From contig NC_068983.1 in NCBI RefSeq assembly GCF_001194135.2, positions 162,224,140 to 162,269,839 on the forward strand: a stretch of 45,700 nucleotides of DNA, read 5' to 3'. The position numbers and the translations under genes are program-made. This DNA comes from Octopus bimaculoides (Eukaryota). Numbering within the stretch: the first letter of the stretch is position 1; every line of letters starts with the position of its first letter. The notes under the pieces were generated by a model that did not search any database, was not told where the DNA came from, and was given only the letters and a program-made list of their open reading frames with translations. Positions 26,708 to 38,194 of the stretch are shown here, in pieces.

Positions 26708-27230
26708 GGCGTAGGAGTGACTGTGTGGTAAATAGCTAGCTTACCAACCACATGGTTCTGGGTTCAGTCCCACTGCATGGCGCTTGGGCAAGTGTCCTCT
26801 ACTATAGCCTCGGGCCGACCAAAGCCTTGTGAGTGGATTTGGTAGACGGAAACTGAAAGAAGTCCGTCGTATATATACATATATATATATATAATAGTGT
26901 ACATTTAAACACAAGAGAAACTACCTATAACAGGTAATTTTACACGCTAGAGGAAGCAGGTAATTTCTCTTGTGTTTAAATGTACACTATTTTATATTGA
27001 GAGTATGTTGTCTATTGACTTTTTATACATGCTAGGCCACTGGTAGTGAAATTTCTAAAAATATTCGCTACCCTATATANNNNNNNNNNCGTGACTTAGC
27101 GGTTCGGCAAAAGAGACCGATAGAATAAATACTAGGCTTACAAAGAATAAGTCCTGGGGGTCGATTTTTTCGACTAAAAAGCGGTGCTCCGGCATGGCCG
27201 CAGTCAAATGACCGAGACAAGTAAAAGAGA
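26708..27230 (+). mobile_element. SINE family B interrupted in its internal (TA)n
   Basis: Head ggcgtaggagtgactgtgtggtaa..gggttcagtccca, CORE-like part to ~26870, 3' half resumes at ~27090. Confidence 0.88.
26894..26990. mobile_element. 97-bp inverted-repeat element (33-bp arms) in (TA)n
   Basis: atagtgtacatttaaacacaagagaaactacct vs aggtaatttctcttgtgtttaaatgtacactat, 32/33 complementary. Confidence 0.75.
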
Positions 27231-27765
27231 AAAAGAATAAAAGAATTGGGAAACAGCCGAGACTTCTTAGTTATAGTGTGGATCAAAGGTCTTCTTGAAG
27301 ACCATCAATACATCTTGAACTAATCGTCTTTCTATTGATTTTCTCATTCGTTGGACTCACCTTCAGACAAATAAACAAAACTAGGTTCCAAGAGACAAGA
27401 TAACATGAATAATTAATACTAATTGCTCTTGTACGGATGACTGAAACAGCGGAATCTGACGGCCATAGAATATATAAAGCAGCAAACAAAATGTCTGGAG
27501 TATTTATTTACGGTTCTTTGCGTTCTAAGTTCAAACATTGCCGAGGTTAACTCTGAGGTCGATAAATTGAAGTATCGGTTAAGTAATTGATCGTATCCGA
27601 AATGTTAATAGAACTATTATAGAAGAAAAGAATACTTTATTTAATGTCGATAAAATAAATACTTGGTTCTGATCAATTTAATCAATTCTTCCATGAACCT
27701 ATTTTTAGATATTCCGAAGAAATCCTGATTATGAACATGTTGCTGTTGAATCCCTCAATATTTGG

Positions 27766-27967
27766 TTTCAGATTTTGACACAAGGACAGCAATTTCGGCG
27801 GAGGGGGTAAGTCGATTACATCAACTCCAGTACTCAACTGGTACTTATTTTAACGACCCCCGAAAGGATGAAAGGCAAAGTCGACCTCGGCGGTATTTGA
27901 ACTCAGAACGTAAAGACAGACGAAATACCGCTAAGACCGACGTGCTAACGATTCTGCCAGCTCGTCC
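27766..27967 (-). mobile_element. SINE family A
   Basis: Same head, B-box and central domain as the other copies. Confidence 0.88.
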
Positions 27968-27980
27968 TTTTAATAATAAT

Positions 27981-28191
27981 CTTTTCTACTATAGGCACAA
28001 GGCCTGAAATTTGAGGGAGGGGGTCAGTCGATTACATTGATCCCAGTACGCAGCAGGTACTTGATTTATCGACGCCGAAAGGATGAAAGGCAAAGTCAAC
28101 TTCGGCGGAATTTGAACTCAGAACGTAAAGACGAACGGAATGGTGCTAAGCATTTTTCCCGGCACGCTAACGATTGTGGCAGCTCGCCGCC
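27981..28191 (-). mobile_element. SINE family A (tandem with previous copy)
   Basis: GGCGGCGAGCTGCCACAATCGTTAGCG head; separated from the previous copy by (AAT)3. Confidence 0.88.
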
Positions 28192-28278
28192 TTCGATGCC
28201 CCCAACATTTACAATAAAAGTCTACTACACTAGTTTTGTCTCTCTGCGTTTTTAATTCAAACCTCGGCAGAGTTTGAA

Positions 28279-28783
28279 AGCTTCAGCTGCATTCAACCAA
28301 CTTGGAAAGATCTGGAAGATTCCTAAGGACCAAAGATTAGGTTCGACAATAGTAGGGTACTGTCAACTTAAGCTTATGGGTGCGAAACGTGGCAGATGAA
28401 AATCACTCAAAAGAAAAGATTGGACCCCCTTTGGTTTACGTAAAATTCTTGGCATCAAATGGAGTTACTTCGTCACCGATAAAGAAGTGGAGCAACGAGC
28501 CAACTTTTATCTAATTTTGTGTGCAAAGGCTGTCTGAGCTGACTGGGTCTCGTAATACGATTCCCACGTGAAAGACTCGCTAATCAAGTCCTTCAGTAGA
28601 AAACTTATTGAAAGAGACGGAGAGAACGCCGAAAGATGAACTGGCATCATAACGATCGATAAGGACGTGCAACTGATTGACGGAACATGGAATGATGAGT
28701 TGAGAGAGGCGAAGAGCGGCGACCACTGGCGCACTTTGGCTGCTTCCTCGTGTGTCCTAAGACGTAAGAGGCTCTAAGTAAGA
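28279..28783 (+). mobile_element. RTE-clade LINE 3' fragment
   Basis: ASAAFNQLGKIWK..YGCETWQMKITQKKRLD..LRKILGIKWSYFVTDKEV..RERLANQVL..TIDKDV..W..A.S..HWR, ending in a TAAG-type tail; several frameshifts. Confidence 0.85.
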
Positions 28784-28842
28784 GTTTAAATTTGACTTTA
28801 ATTCATCTAAATTTAATCAACTACAAATACCAATGAATGAAT

Positions 28843-28942
28843 GACGTAAACACACCAGCATCGGTTGTCAAGCGATGTTGGGGNNNNNNNNNNGAACCCG
28901 GAACCATGTGGTTGGTAGGCAAGCTACTTACCACACAGCCAC
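28843..28942 (-). mobile_element. SINE family B fragments across a small gap
   Basis: gacgtaaacacaccagcatcggttgtcaagcgatgttggg / gaacccggaaccatgtggttgg..cttaccacacagccac. Confidence 0.8.
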
Positions 28943-29047
28943 TTCTGCGCTTTTGTAAAAATTTTGTTTATACTGCTTGCACTGAAGAGTACAGTGATAT
29001 ATAATTAATTTAATTCAATTTAATTAATTTAATTATTTCTATTCAAC

Positions 29048-29100
29048 CATGAATTTGCGCGATTTTTTTTATATCGCTGTACGAAACGATCGTCTGCATG
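29048..29100 (+). ncRNA. hammerhead-like remnant with the core lost
   Basis: catg..gcgat[loop]atcgc..GAA-ACGATCGT-C-tgcatg; palindromic helix III and GUC, no CUGANGA. Confidence 0.4.
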
Positions 29101-30198
29101 AATTAAGATTCTCTTTTATATTGTAACAAATGCACTTCTCCATTTTTAACTAAATTGTTCAGTTTTATGGGATTCCTTTCCATAAATTCACAACACATCA
29201 TATACAAGTATTATTTTCATATTCGCAAACTTAACGCCAGTAAGCTACCAGCAAAATATGAAGAATCAATATTAGAAATCTTTTTTTTTTTTGGAAACGT
29301 CCAATTTAAAGGACGAATCTAATTCAACGTTTTTACACACACACACACANNNNNNNNNNNNNNNNNNNNNNNNNNNNNNNNNNNNNNNNNNNNNNNNNNN
29401 NNNNNNNNNNNNNNNNNNNNNNNNNNNNNNNNNNNNNNNNNNNNNNNNNNNNNNNNNNNNNNNNNNNNNNNNNNNNNNNNNNNNNNNNNNNNNNNNNNNN
29501 NNNNNNNNNNNNNNNNNNNNNNNNNNNNNNNNNNNNNNNNNNNNNNNNNNNNNNNNNNNNNNNNNNNNNNNNNNNNNNNNNNNNNNNNNNNNNNNNNNNN
29601 NNNNNNNNNNNNNNNNNNNNNNNNNNNNNNNNNNNNNNNNNNNNNNNNNNNNNNNNNNNNNNNNNNNNNNNNNNNNNNNNNNNNNNNNNNNNNNNNNNNN
29701 NNNNNNNNNNNNNNNNNNNNNNNNNNNNNNNNNNNNNNNNNNNNNNNNNNNNNNNNNNNNNNNNNNNNNNNNNNNNNNNNNNNNNNNNNNNNNNNNNNNN
29801 NNNNNNNNNNNNNNNNNNNNNNNNNNNNNNNNNNNNNNNNNNNNNNNNNNNNNNNNNNNNNNNNNNNNNNNNNNNNNNNNNNNNNNNNNNNNNNNNNNNN
29901 NNNNNNNNNNNNNNNNNNNNNNNNNNNNNNNNNNNNNNNNNNNNNNNNNNNNNNNNNNNNNNNNNNNNNNNNNNNNNNNNNNNNNNNNNNNNNNNNNNNN
30001 NNNNNNNNNNNNNNNNNNNNNNNNNNNNNNNNNNNNNNNNNNNNNNNNNNNNNNNNNNNNNNNNNNNNNNNNNNNNNNNNNNNNNNNNNNNNNNNNNNNN
30101 NNNNNNNNNNNNNNNNNNNNNNNNNNNNNNNNNNNNNNNNNNNNNNNNNNNNNNNNNNNNNNNNNNNNNNNNNNNNNNNNNNNNNNNNNNNNNNNNNN

Positions 30199-30239
<41 letters not shown>

Positions 30240-31759
30240 CAAGATGTGTGTAGACATAAACAAGCGTGTATATAGTACACGATATATGCAGACATACAGA
30301 GGAGACTAAACTGCAAGAGAAAATAATTGTTTACTCGACGTCAAACCTGAGTTGGCAACAATAACAACAACAACAAATAAATGAAATAAATTGAACAAGA
30401 GAAGGCAGCCAAGATTGTCCAAAAATAACTGTATCCAGGGTGAAAGTGAAATACTGAGAATGTTAAATAATATAGACAGACGTGAGTTAAGCCATAGGTG
30501 TACGGAATGTGAGAATGTAACGAACAGATTGAATACGGTGGGACTGGGGGGAGGGGTATCTAATTAAGGCGTTTCTATTTCAAGTAATGTGTTTTGTTGT
30601 AATTATGTTATCGTTGCAGACCGATAATTACAACTGTTTTAGGACATTCATTAAGTGAGAAATCTGTTAAATAAACACTGTAAACTAGAAAATAACCATT
30701 GAAATGGTCTAGATGTGACCACTGGTCGTCTACTGGGCCAGCAGTGAGTGGCCGAGCTACGGTGTACACACAGGTGTGTGTGTGTGTGTGTGTGTGTATG
30801 TCTGTCTGTCTGTCTGTCTGTACCTGTATGTGTATTTATATGTGTATACCTGTGTGTGTATCTATGTATATATGTATGTATGTGTGTGTATGTGTGAATG
30901 TGTGTTTGTGTGTTTGTATGTGTATATGTGAGTGCGTGTGTGTCTGTCTGTCTGTCAGTATATTTGTGTGTGTACCTGTATGTGCATTTATATGTGTATA
31001 CCTGTGTGTGTATGTATGTATGTGTGAGTGTATGTATATGTGTGAATGTGTGTTTGTGTGTGCATATGTATGTGCGCGCGCGTGCACATATTTGTATATG
31101 TGCATTTGTGTGTGCGTATGTGTGCGCATTTGTATGTGTATATATGTGTATGTATCTGTGTGTGCGTATGTGTGCGCATTTGTATGTGTATATATGTGTA
31201 TGTATCTGTGTGTGCANNNNNNNNNNNNNNNNNNNNNNNNNNNNNNNNNNNNNNNNNNNNNNNNNNNNNNNNNNNNNNNNNNNNNNNNNNNNNNNNNNNN
31301 NNNCCTGTATGTGTATTTATATGTGTATACCTGTGTGTGTATCTATGTATATATGTATGTATGTGTGTGTATGTGTGAATGTGTGTTTGTGTGTTTGTAT
31401 GTGTATATGTGAGTGCGTGTGTGTCTGTCTGTCTGTCAGTATATTTGTGTGTGTACCTGTATGTGCATTTATATGTGTATACCTGTGTGTGTATGTATGT
31501 ATGTGTGAGTGTATGTATATGTGTGAATGTGTGTTTGTGTGTGCATATGTATGTGCGCGCGCGTGCACATATTTGTATATGTGCATTTGTGTGTGCGTAT
31601 GTGTGCGCATTTGTATGTGTATATATGTGTATGTATCTGTGTGTGCGTATGTGTGCGCATTTGTATGTGTATATATGTGTATGTATCTGTGTGTGCATTC
31701 TTGTATGTATCAGTGTGTGTGTATCTGTGTGTGCATTTGTGTATGTATCTGTGTGTGCA

Positions 31760-31803
<44 letters not shown>

Positions 31804-32195
31804 CGTGCGTGTGTAATCAGAAGAACAGAAATAAAAAGAATTCCTTATATTTTCGAAATAAGTCGAGACTGAGTCACAGTTTCAAAACTCGTTTGAAGCC
31901 ATTAAACGTTACTCGTGCAGCTAATATCATAGGGAAAGGCATACAAGCCACAACATCCCAGTTCTCTTCGCTACAATATAAATCTTTGTGCTTAACAACG
32001 ATGCTATTGATGATTAGCTTTGGATAAATCCTGACATTTTACAGATCTAAGGACCGAATACATTTCAGTTGTTACTATAATATGGCCGTTTCAGAGTGTC
32101 TATAACTATCTAGGACTAGACCAGCCAATGTGTCTTTCATTTGAGACTCTCTACAACTGTCTTGGTGATACTGTGCATAGATGTATGTGTGTATA

Positions 32196-32243
<48 letters not shown>

Positions 32244-32339
32244 GTATATACATCTCATACATATCATGATTATTTGTTACATATATATTGCATGTATATG
32301 TGTATATAAACGCATATGTAGGTTTTATATATACATACA

Positions 32340-32403
<64 letters not shown>

Positions 32404-32437
32404 CGAGTGCGTGCGTGTGTGTGTGTATAAAACGTTG

Positions 32438-33063
32438 AAGATAAGGTAGAAAATGCTAAAATAATTTTATCACGAAGAACATTTTAGTACCGGTTTCAGT
32501 CTTTGCGACTTTTTTCAACTTAGAGTAAAGCATGAAAAACAATTAAATTGTGGACAAATTAAATTAAATCTTTTTTNNNNNNNNNNNNNNNNNNNNNNNN
32601 NNNNNNNNNNNNNNNNNNNNNNNNNNNNNNNNNNNNNNNNNNNNNNNNNNNNNNNNNNNNNNNNNNNNNNNNNNNNNNNNNNNNNNNNNNNNNNNNNNNN
32701 NNNNNNNNNNNNNNNNNNNNNNNNNNNNNNNNNNNNNNNNNNNNNNNNNNNNNNNNNNNNNNNNNNNNNNNNNNNNNNNNNNNNNNNNNNNNNNNNNNNN
32801 NNNNNNNNNNNNNNNNNNNNNNNNNNNNNNNNNNNNNNCACAAATGAGTAGAAGAGAGAGACAGAGACAGACAAAAAAAAAATGGAAAATGTCCCTTGCA
32901 TTTGAAAACTATGGAAATATTTTTAAAAAGACATTTCATTTAATTTTTCCACAATTTAATTGGTTTTCGTGCTTTCCTCTAAGTTGAAAAAGTCGCAAAG
33001 ACTGAAACCGGTACTAAAATGTTCTTCGTGATAAAATTATTTTAGCATTTTCTACCTTGTCTT
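32438..33063. mobile_element. head-to-head inverted pair (~135-bp arms) of a PLE-LTR-like repeat, each arm with a hammerhead-like motif
   Basis: 32438-32576 is the reverse complement of 32925-33063 with at least 6 substitutions; both arms carry TTGAAAA-AGTC-gcaaa-GACT-GAA-ACCGGT-A-CTAA. Confidence 0.7.
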
Positions 33064-33068
33064 ATTTT

Positions 33069-33108
<40 letters not shown>

Positions 33109-33500
33109 CAAATAAGTAACAAGGATATCCAGGTATTAGTACAAGTATTAGTGCAAATTTTCCATCAGTACTAGAGACTAAAATACATTGCTTCCTTTTG
33201 CTATTATTGTAGCAGAAGCAATGATTTTAGTCTCTGGTACTGATGAAAAATTTGCTAAAAAAGAATAATGGAGTATCCTGTATGCTGGAAATCTATATGG
33301 TCATGCGCATCCGAGGAGAGCAGTTTGTTTCAAATTGATGTAATGATTAAATGGACCCGCTTGAAACGGCCGTAATGTACTAATACCTGGACATCCTTGT
33401 TACTTATTTGCTTTTTTATTCACCTAACTTCAAACTGTGCAGAAAATACTGGACAGACTTGGTGCCTTAACTTAAGTACCTAATTCAAATGAATCTTAAT
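33109..33500 (+). mobile_element. PLE-LTR-like repeat with an inverted, internally deleted copy at its 5' end; between (TA)n tracts
   Basis: 33109-33143 complements 33376-33410; 33153-33194 complements 33215-33255; hammerhead motif at 33305-33380. Confidence 0.72.
33305..33380 (+). ncRNA. type-I hammerhead motif with a U4-to-C core change
   Basis: GCGCAT-CCGAGGA-GAGCAG..CCGCTT-GAA-ACGGCCGT-A-ATGTAC. Confidence 0.65.
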
Positions 33501-35004
33501 TATATATATATATATATATATNNNNNNNNNNNNNNNNNNNNNNNNNNNNNNNNNNNNNNNNNNNNNNNNNNNNNNNNNNNNNNNNNNNNNNNNNNNNNNN
33601 NNNNNNNNNNNNNNNNNNNNNNNNNNNNNNNNNNNNNNNNNNNNNNNNNNNNNNNNNNNNNNNNNNNNNNNNNNNNNNNNNNNNNNNNNNNNNNNNNNNN
33701 NNNNNNNNNNNNNNNNNNNNNNNNNNNNNNNNNNNNNNNNNNNNNNNNNNNNNNNNNNNNNNNNNNNNNNNNNNNNNNNNNNNNNNNNNNNNNNNNNNNN
33801 NNNNNNNNNNNNNNNNNNNNNNNNNNNNNNNNNNNNNNNNNNNNNNNNNNNNNNNNNNNNNNNNNNNNNNNNNNNNNNNNNNNNNNNNNNNNNNNNNNNN
33901 NNNNNNNNNNNNNNNNNNNNNNNNNNNNNNNNNNNNNNNNNNNNNNNNNNNNNNNNNNNNNNNNNNNNNNNNNNNNNNNNNNNNNNNNNNNNNNNNNNNN
34001 NNNNNNNNNNNNNNNNNNNNNNNNNNNNNNNNNTACATACATACATACATACATACATACATACATACATACATACATACATACATTGAGCATGTCTAGA
34101 CATGTAGCTATATGCATGAGAATACATACATAAAACATACAAATCTGCACATACATACATACATACATACAAACAAAAATACCCTGTTGTTGATGTTGAA
34201 ATTCCAGTGAAGGAGCCTTGGATCTAGGTTAGAAACCGGTTTTGTTTCTATTGGCAAGAAATCTTGAAATAAACTGAATAATGATATACATACATACGTT
34301 TATAAACACATATATAAACAGCACAAGATCGTGAAGAACCTCTTAATGTCAACATGTGAGTGTGATGTAACATCGTGTAACAATTCCCAAGCATCTGACG
34401 ACTATACATCGCCATTGCATGGGCTCAAGAAGGATCATAAGCCATCTTCTAACCTTGTTGCTCCACTTCACCAACCCGACCAGTTTGCAGGGTTTAGCTT
34501 CTCCAGAAGCGTCCACTAAACTACATCTTTCTGAAATTCTGTAATATACGAGAGAGAGGACCTCGGTAAAATCAATGCGGAAGAACCATTCCTACAGCTT
34601 CGGGTTGCAGAAATGTCTGCAATTGAGTAGGTGATTGGCGAGATTAGCGAGATTGGGGAGATTAGCCAGACCGATATAATATTTCACAAGATCAGCACCA
34701 GCATGCTGGAACTTCTAAAACTGTGCATACGACAGTGAATACTTAGAGAAGTTTGACTTTAAAAGGGTTTACCCCAGCAAACCTGAGCCATATGCCACCT
34801 TCACTTCAATAGTAAAAGAGAAACTGGTATAGCCTGTTAAGCTATGCATAAAAATAACCAGGAACAATTAAGTGTCGATGTATTATTTATTTCACTTCAA
34901 TCAGCTACATTGTGAGGGCGAGCACGATCGGTCATTTAAATCCCCAAACTCCTTTCCCGCCTAACCGGAAGTTCCTTCTCTGCGGACCAGCTCGATAGCT
35001 AGCC

Positions 35005-35640
35005 CACAGTGAAGGTCCTTATCTACAGTTCGTCTGTTATGAGTCCATGGGCAGGGCTCTACACGGGAATGAATAAACGAAACCATAAAAACTTCAGAGA
35101 ACCGCGTTTTGTTGAGAACTGTGATCGTATATACTGCGTGTGCCAGCATAAAAACAACGGTGAAGAGCCGCATATTTAAATTCAATAATAAATTGTGTGT
35201 TCAGGAAAAGAGGCGGCCATTTGGTTCCAGTATCACCGGAGACGTAGCCAACCTCTTAGTGGAGTTGTGTGAGAGAGAGAAGACTCAAACATCACATAGC
35301 GAAAAAGATCAACATCTGTGGTAAGCTACTTTCGAGATGTAAATAACATAAAACTTGGGTTTAAGGTAATCCGAGAAGACAGTAATCTGGAAGCAACGTG
35401 GAGAGAAACCAACACAAAGCAGATTGCGTCCACCGGAACATAGAAGTGATAACTGACCATCCCTCAATAAAAGACTGTCCGTCCCAAGCGCTGGACTCTG
35501 ACCAGAAACAACAGACAACAACCCATGGTCATTCAACACTTGGTCCACCCAGTAAGAGTGCTGAGAAAATGTTTTCCGCAAAAGCTCGTAATCTTGCCAA
35601 ATAGGGAAACAAACTCGTCTATCGTTTGCAGTTCTCCTGA
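35005..35640 (+). mobile_element. degenerate Penelope-like reverse transcriptase fragment
   Basis: SSSVMS..LYTGM (motif A-like), FKFNNKLCVQEKRRPFGSSITGDVANLLVELCE (F.FN...Y.Q..G.PMGS.+S..+ANL pattern), SYFRDVNN (decayed YVDD motif), HPSIK, LVYR. Confidence 0.75.
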
Positions 35641-35959
35641 TACAGCCGAAAGAACAGGGTTGAAGCGTGCAAAGGAACCAGAAAAAAAGGAAACAATGTG
35701 AATAGAGTATACTGTGGGTAGCGATGCAAATCCTGGAACAGATTAGAAAGGAGAAATTTGGATAGATGAACGTAATCTTGTGTTGAGCAGTAGAATTCTT
35801 TATTCTTTTATTCTTTTAATGGTTTCAGTCGTAGGACTGCAGTCATGCTGGAGCACCGCCTTCGTTATTTTCTATCAGTTTTGTTATCGTTTTATGGTTG
35901 GAAGTTGGTCTATGATTCAGTTTGGAGCTGTTGTTCTTCCCTGAATGTATCTTTGAATG

Positions 35960-36110
35960 ATTGGTTCGGTTCGGTTCGGTGCCGCCGTTAGCAGTTCCTT
36001 CAATGATTATTTGAATGTTCCAGTGGAGGTTCCTTTTATATTATTGATTTCTTTAGGTTGGCTGTTGAACAGTTGAGGATTTCATGTTTTAATCTGGGCG
36101 CGCAGTAAAA
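35960..36110 (-). mobile_element. possible decayed CR1-like LINE C-terminus
   Basis: Minus strand PQLFNSQPKEINNIKGTSTGTFK*SLKELL resembles GP.LFN.LP..I......FK..L. Confidence 0.35.
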
Positions 36111-37499
36111 CCACATGATAAAAGGAATATGCCCAAATCAAACCCCTGCTTAGTTGCAAGGAACTTTTTGAAGGAAAAGTCTTATAGAAGGTCCTCTGAT
36201 ATAGTTGAGGTAGTTTCCGGCCATTCTACTCTAGTTTATGGTGGATTATTAGGGTGTGGTATACGTGGTTATAGGAGTGTTAGTGGCTATAATGCAGTGA
36301 TATCTCATATGACAAAGCTATCATTTCACAAAATCAATCCATCATCTTCTAGGCATGGAAGTAGGTAGATGTGTGTGGTGGTGGTGGTGGTGGGGTTATG
36401 CATAGATATGTATTTGTGTGGAGAATGCAGGTCGATATACCTAAAGAGAGAAACAGATAGCAAACCATCAGGTGCTAAATGGTGAAACGCATGAATAGGT
36501 AACAATAAAAAGTAGCTGACAGGCCGCAAACAACCCGACAGACCACAAAGACAACAACAACAGCAACAGCTGCAGCAGTAATGTTGATTTGTTGGTAAAT
36601 GAAAATGAACACCAAAACAAGAAGAGCGCTGGCCCTAGTTTCTATAGAAAGTCTGTTGAGATAACTTTAAAAAATGATTGAATAGTATTGGTAACATAAT
36701 ATGGGACACGGTGAAGACTTAAAAGCCTTTAATATACTTTGTAGTATCTTACGGTTGCTTAACGAAATACGGTGTCCCTACCAGCTATTAATATGCTATT
36801 CTAAAATGGAGGACATCTTATTAAAAGTTTGTTTTTTGGAGAATAGTTGACGATTTTTTTTTCTCAAATGATAGTACTAATTAAGTTCTTAACTCCTTAA
36901 GGTCGGGTATAAATAGCAAGTCTCAATAAGCCATTCCCGTCTTCTGAAGAAGAAAGCATGTTGTATCAATAAGCCACACACGGCCTCAAATGGTTAAAAA
37001 TCTAAGAATATATAATTTTATTAATATTAATGAGTTCCACGTTTGATACTCTGTGTGTAAATTGACATCTTGGAAGTTTACAACTCTGAGATAAGAAACG
37101 ATGATTGTTTCGTTGAAATTATCAAATATGTTCGACATGTTTTATCGAAGGTTTTCCAATATGCTCATTAGAATGTGGAGAAACGGTCAGCCTATTATCT
37201 CTGTATAGTTCTGTTTGATAAAGCGAAATTCCTAATTTGGTACATTTTATAATTCCTAGACCGGGTGGTGCGTTGTGCTCTTGAACAAAACATGTGTGCC
37301 GTACATTAGTACACTCCCTCCTTCAAATTGATGTCGCCTGGACAGGCGCACGGTGTTCGAAGTGATCACATCAGGCGTCGAAGTGATCACAGAACAACGT
37401 GACATGAAATGTTTTCATTTTTTATTTTCTATAGGATTTAGGGTCTGCATAGAAAGTTACAGCGTTTCCTATACGAAACATCTTCGATTGCATTCTTTA

Positions 37500-38010
37500 T
37501 ACTTACTCAGATACTTAGATAGGTTTCGGCTACACTGGCCCAGGCCATAGCTAACTCAATAGCACCACCTGGAAAAGACATTTAGTAATGTATTTTTGTC
37601 GAGTTATTTTTAGGCACCATTGCCCATTCGATTAAAGAGTTGTTGTTTGCCGCAATATATCCGGGTGTTGGTGGTTTATCTGGAATTTGTTGGAGATATT
37701 CATCCAGGAACATTTTGAAGGTTATGGAATCTTTTTCCTCCTTTATATGTTTTGAAATGATGTTTAAAAGAGCAGGTCCAGTTGAGGAGAAGTAGTTCTG
37801 TCTTAGTGTTGTGATGTGCTGAGAGCACAATTTCTGTAGAGGACGCATGGCACGGGGACCAAGCCTTGGGTGGATTTTAAAAGTGATACCGATATCATTT
37901 GGACAATACTGTCAGAACAATTTCCACATCATACAAATAATATATAGATGTATTCATAGAAGAAACGTCACAAGTCGGTGCTGCCTTTAAATTCTGTAGA
38001 AAACCTGTAG
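37500..38010 (-). mobile_element. CR1-like LINE 3' end
   Basis: CMMWKL..QYCPNDIGITFKIHPRLGPR..TLRQNYFSSTGPALLNIISKHIKEEKDSITFKMFLDEYLQQIPDKPPTPGYIAANNNSL; short UTR ending gaaacctatctaagtatctgagt. Confidence 0.85.
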
Positions 38011-38086
38011 GGATACACCTAAAACAGAAGCAATATACATCAATTAGGCAAATTACATTTTAATCCAAGGGACTATAACATCATGG

Positions 38087-38194
38087 GATTATAAAATTTG
38101 ATCCTAATTTTGGGATTATAACATTTAAACCTAATCGGGAGATTATAAAATTCGATCTTAACCATGAGATTACAACGTTTGATCCTAGTCGTGC
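38087..38194. repeat. 27-bp minisatellite, 4 diverged units
   Basis: Units start at 38087, 38114, 38141 and 38168 (gattataaaatttgatcctaat.. type). Confidence 0.85.

Noticed and set aside
30823-31697. ~395-bp direct duplication across an N-gap
   Set aside because: Copies appear identical and flank the gap, typical of an unmerged contig overlap.
33153-33255. Pre-miRNA or MITE interpretation of the long hairpin
   Set aside because: No match to miRNA families I recognise, and the arms are explained by an inverted copy of the adjacent hammerhead-bearing repeat; kept only as a possible dsRNA source.
36940-36965. CTGAAGA-a-GAAAGCATGT
   Set aside because: No helix II and no helix I pairing.
37357-37391. 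14-bp direct repeat tcgaagtgatcaca (two copies)
   Set aside because: Only two units with a 7-nt spacer; not CRISPR-like and no context.
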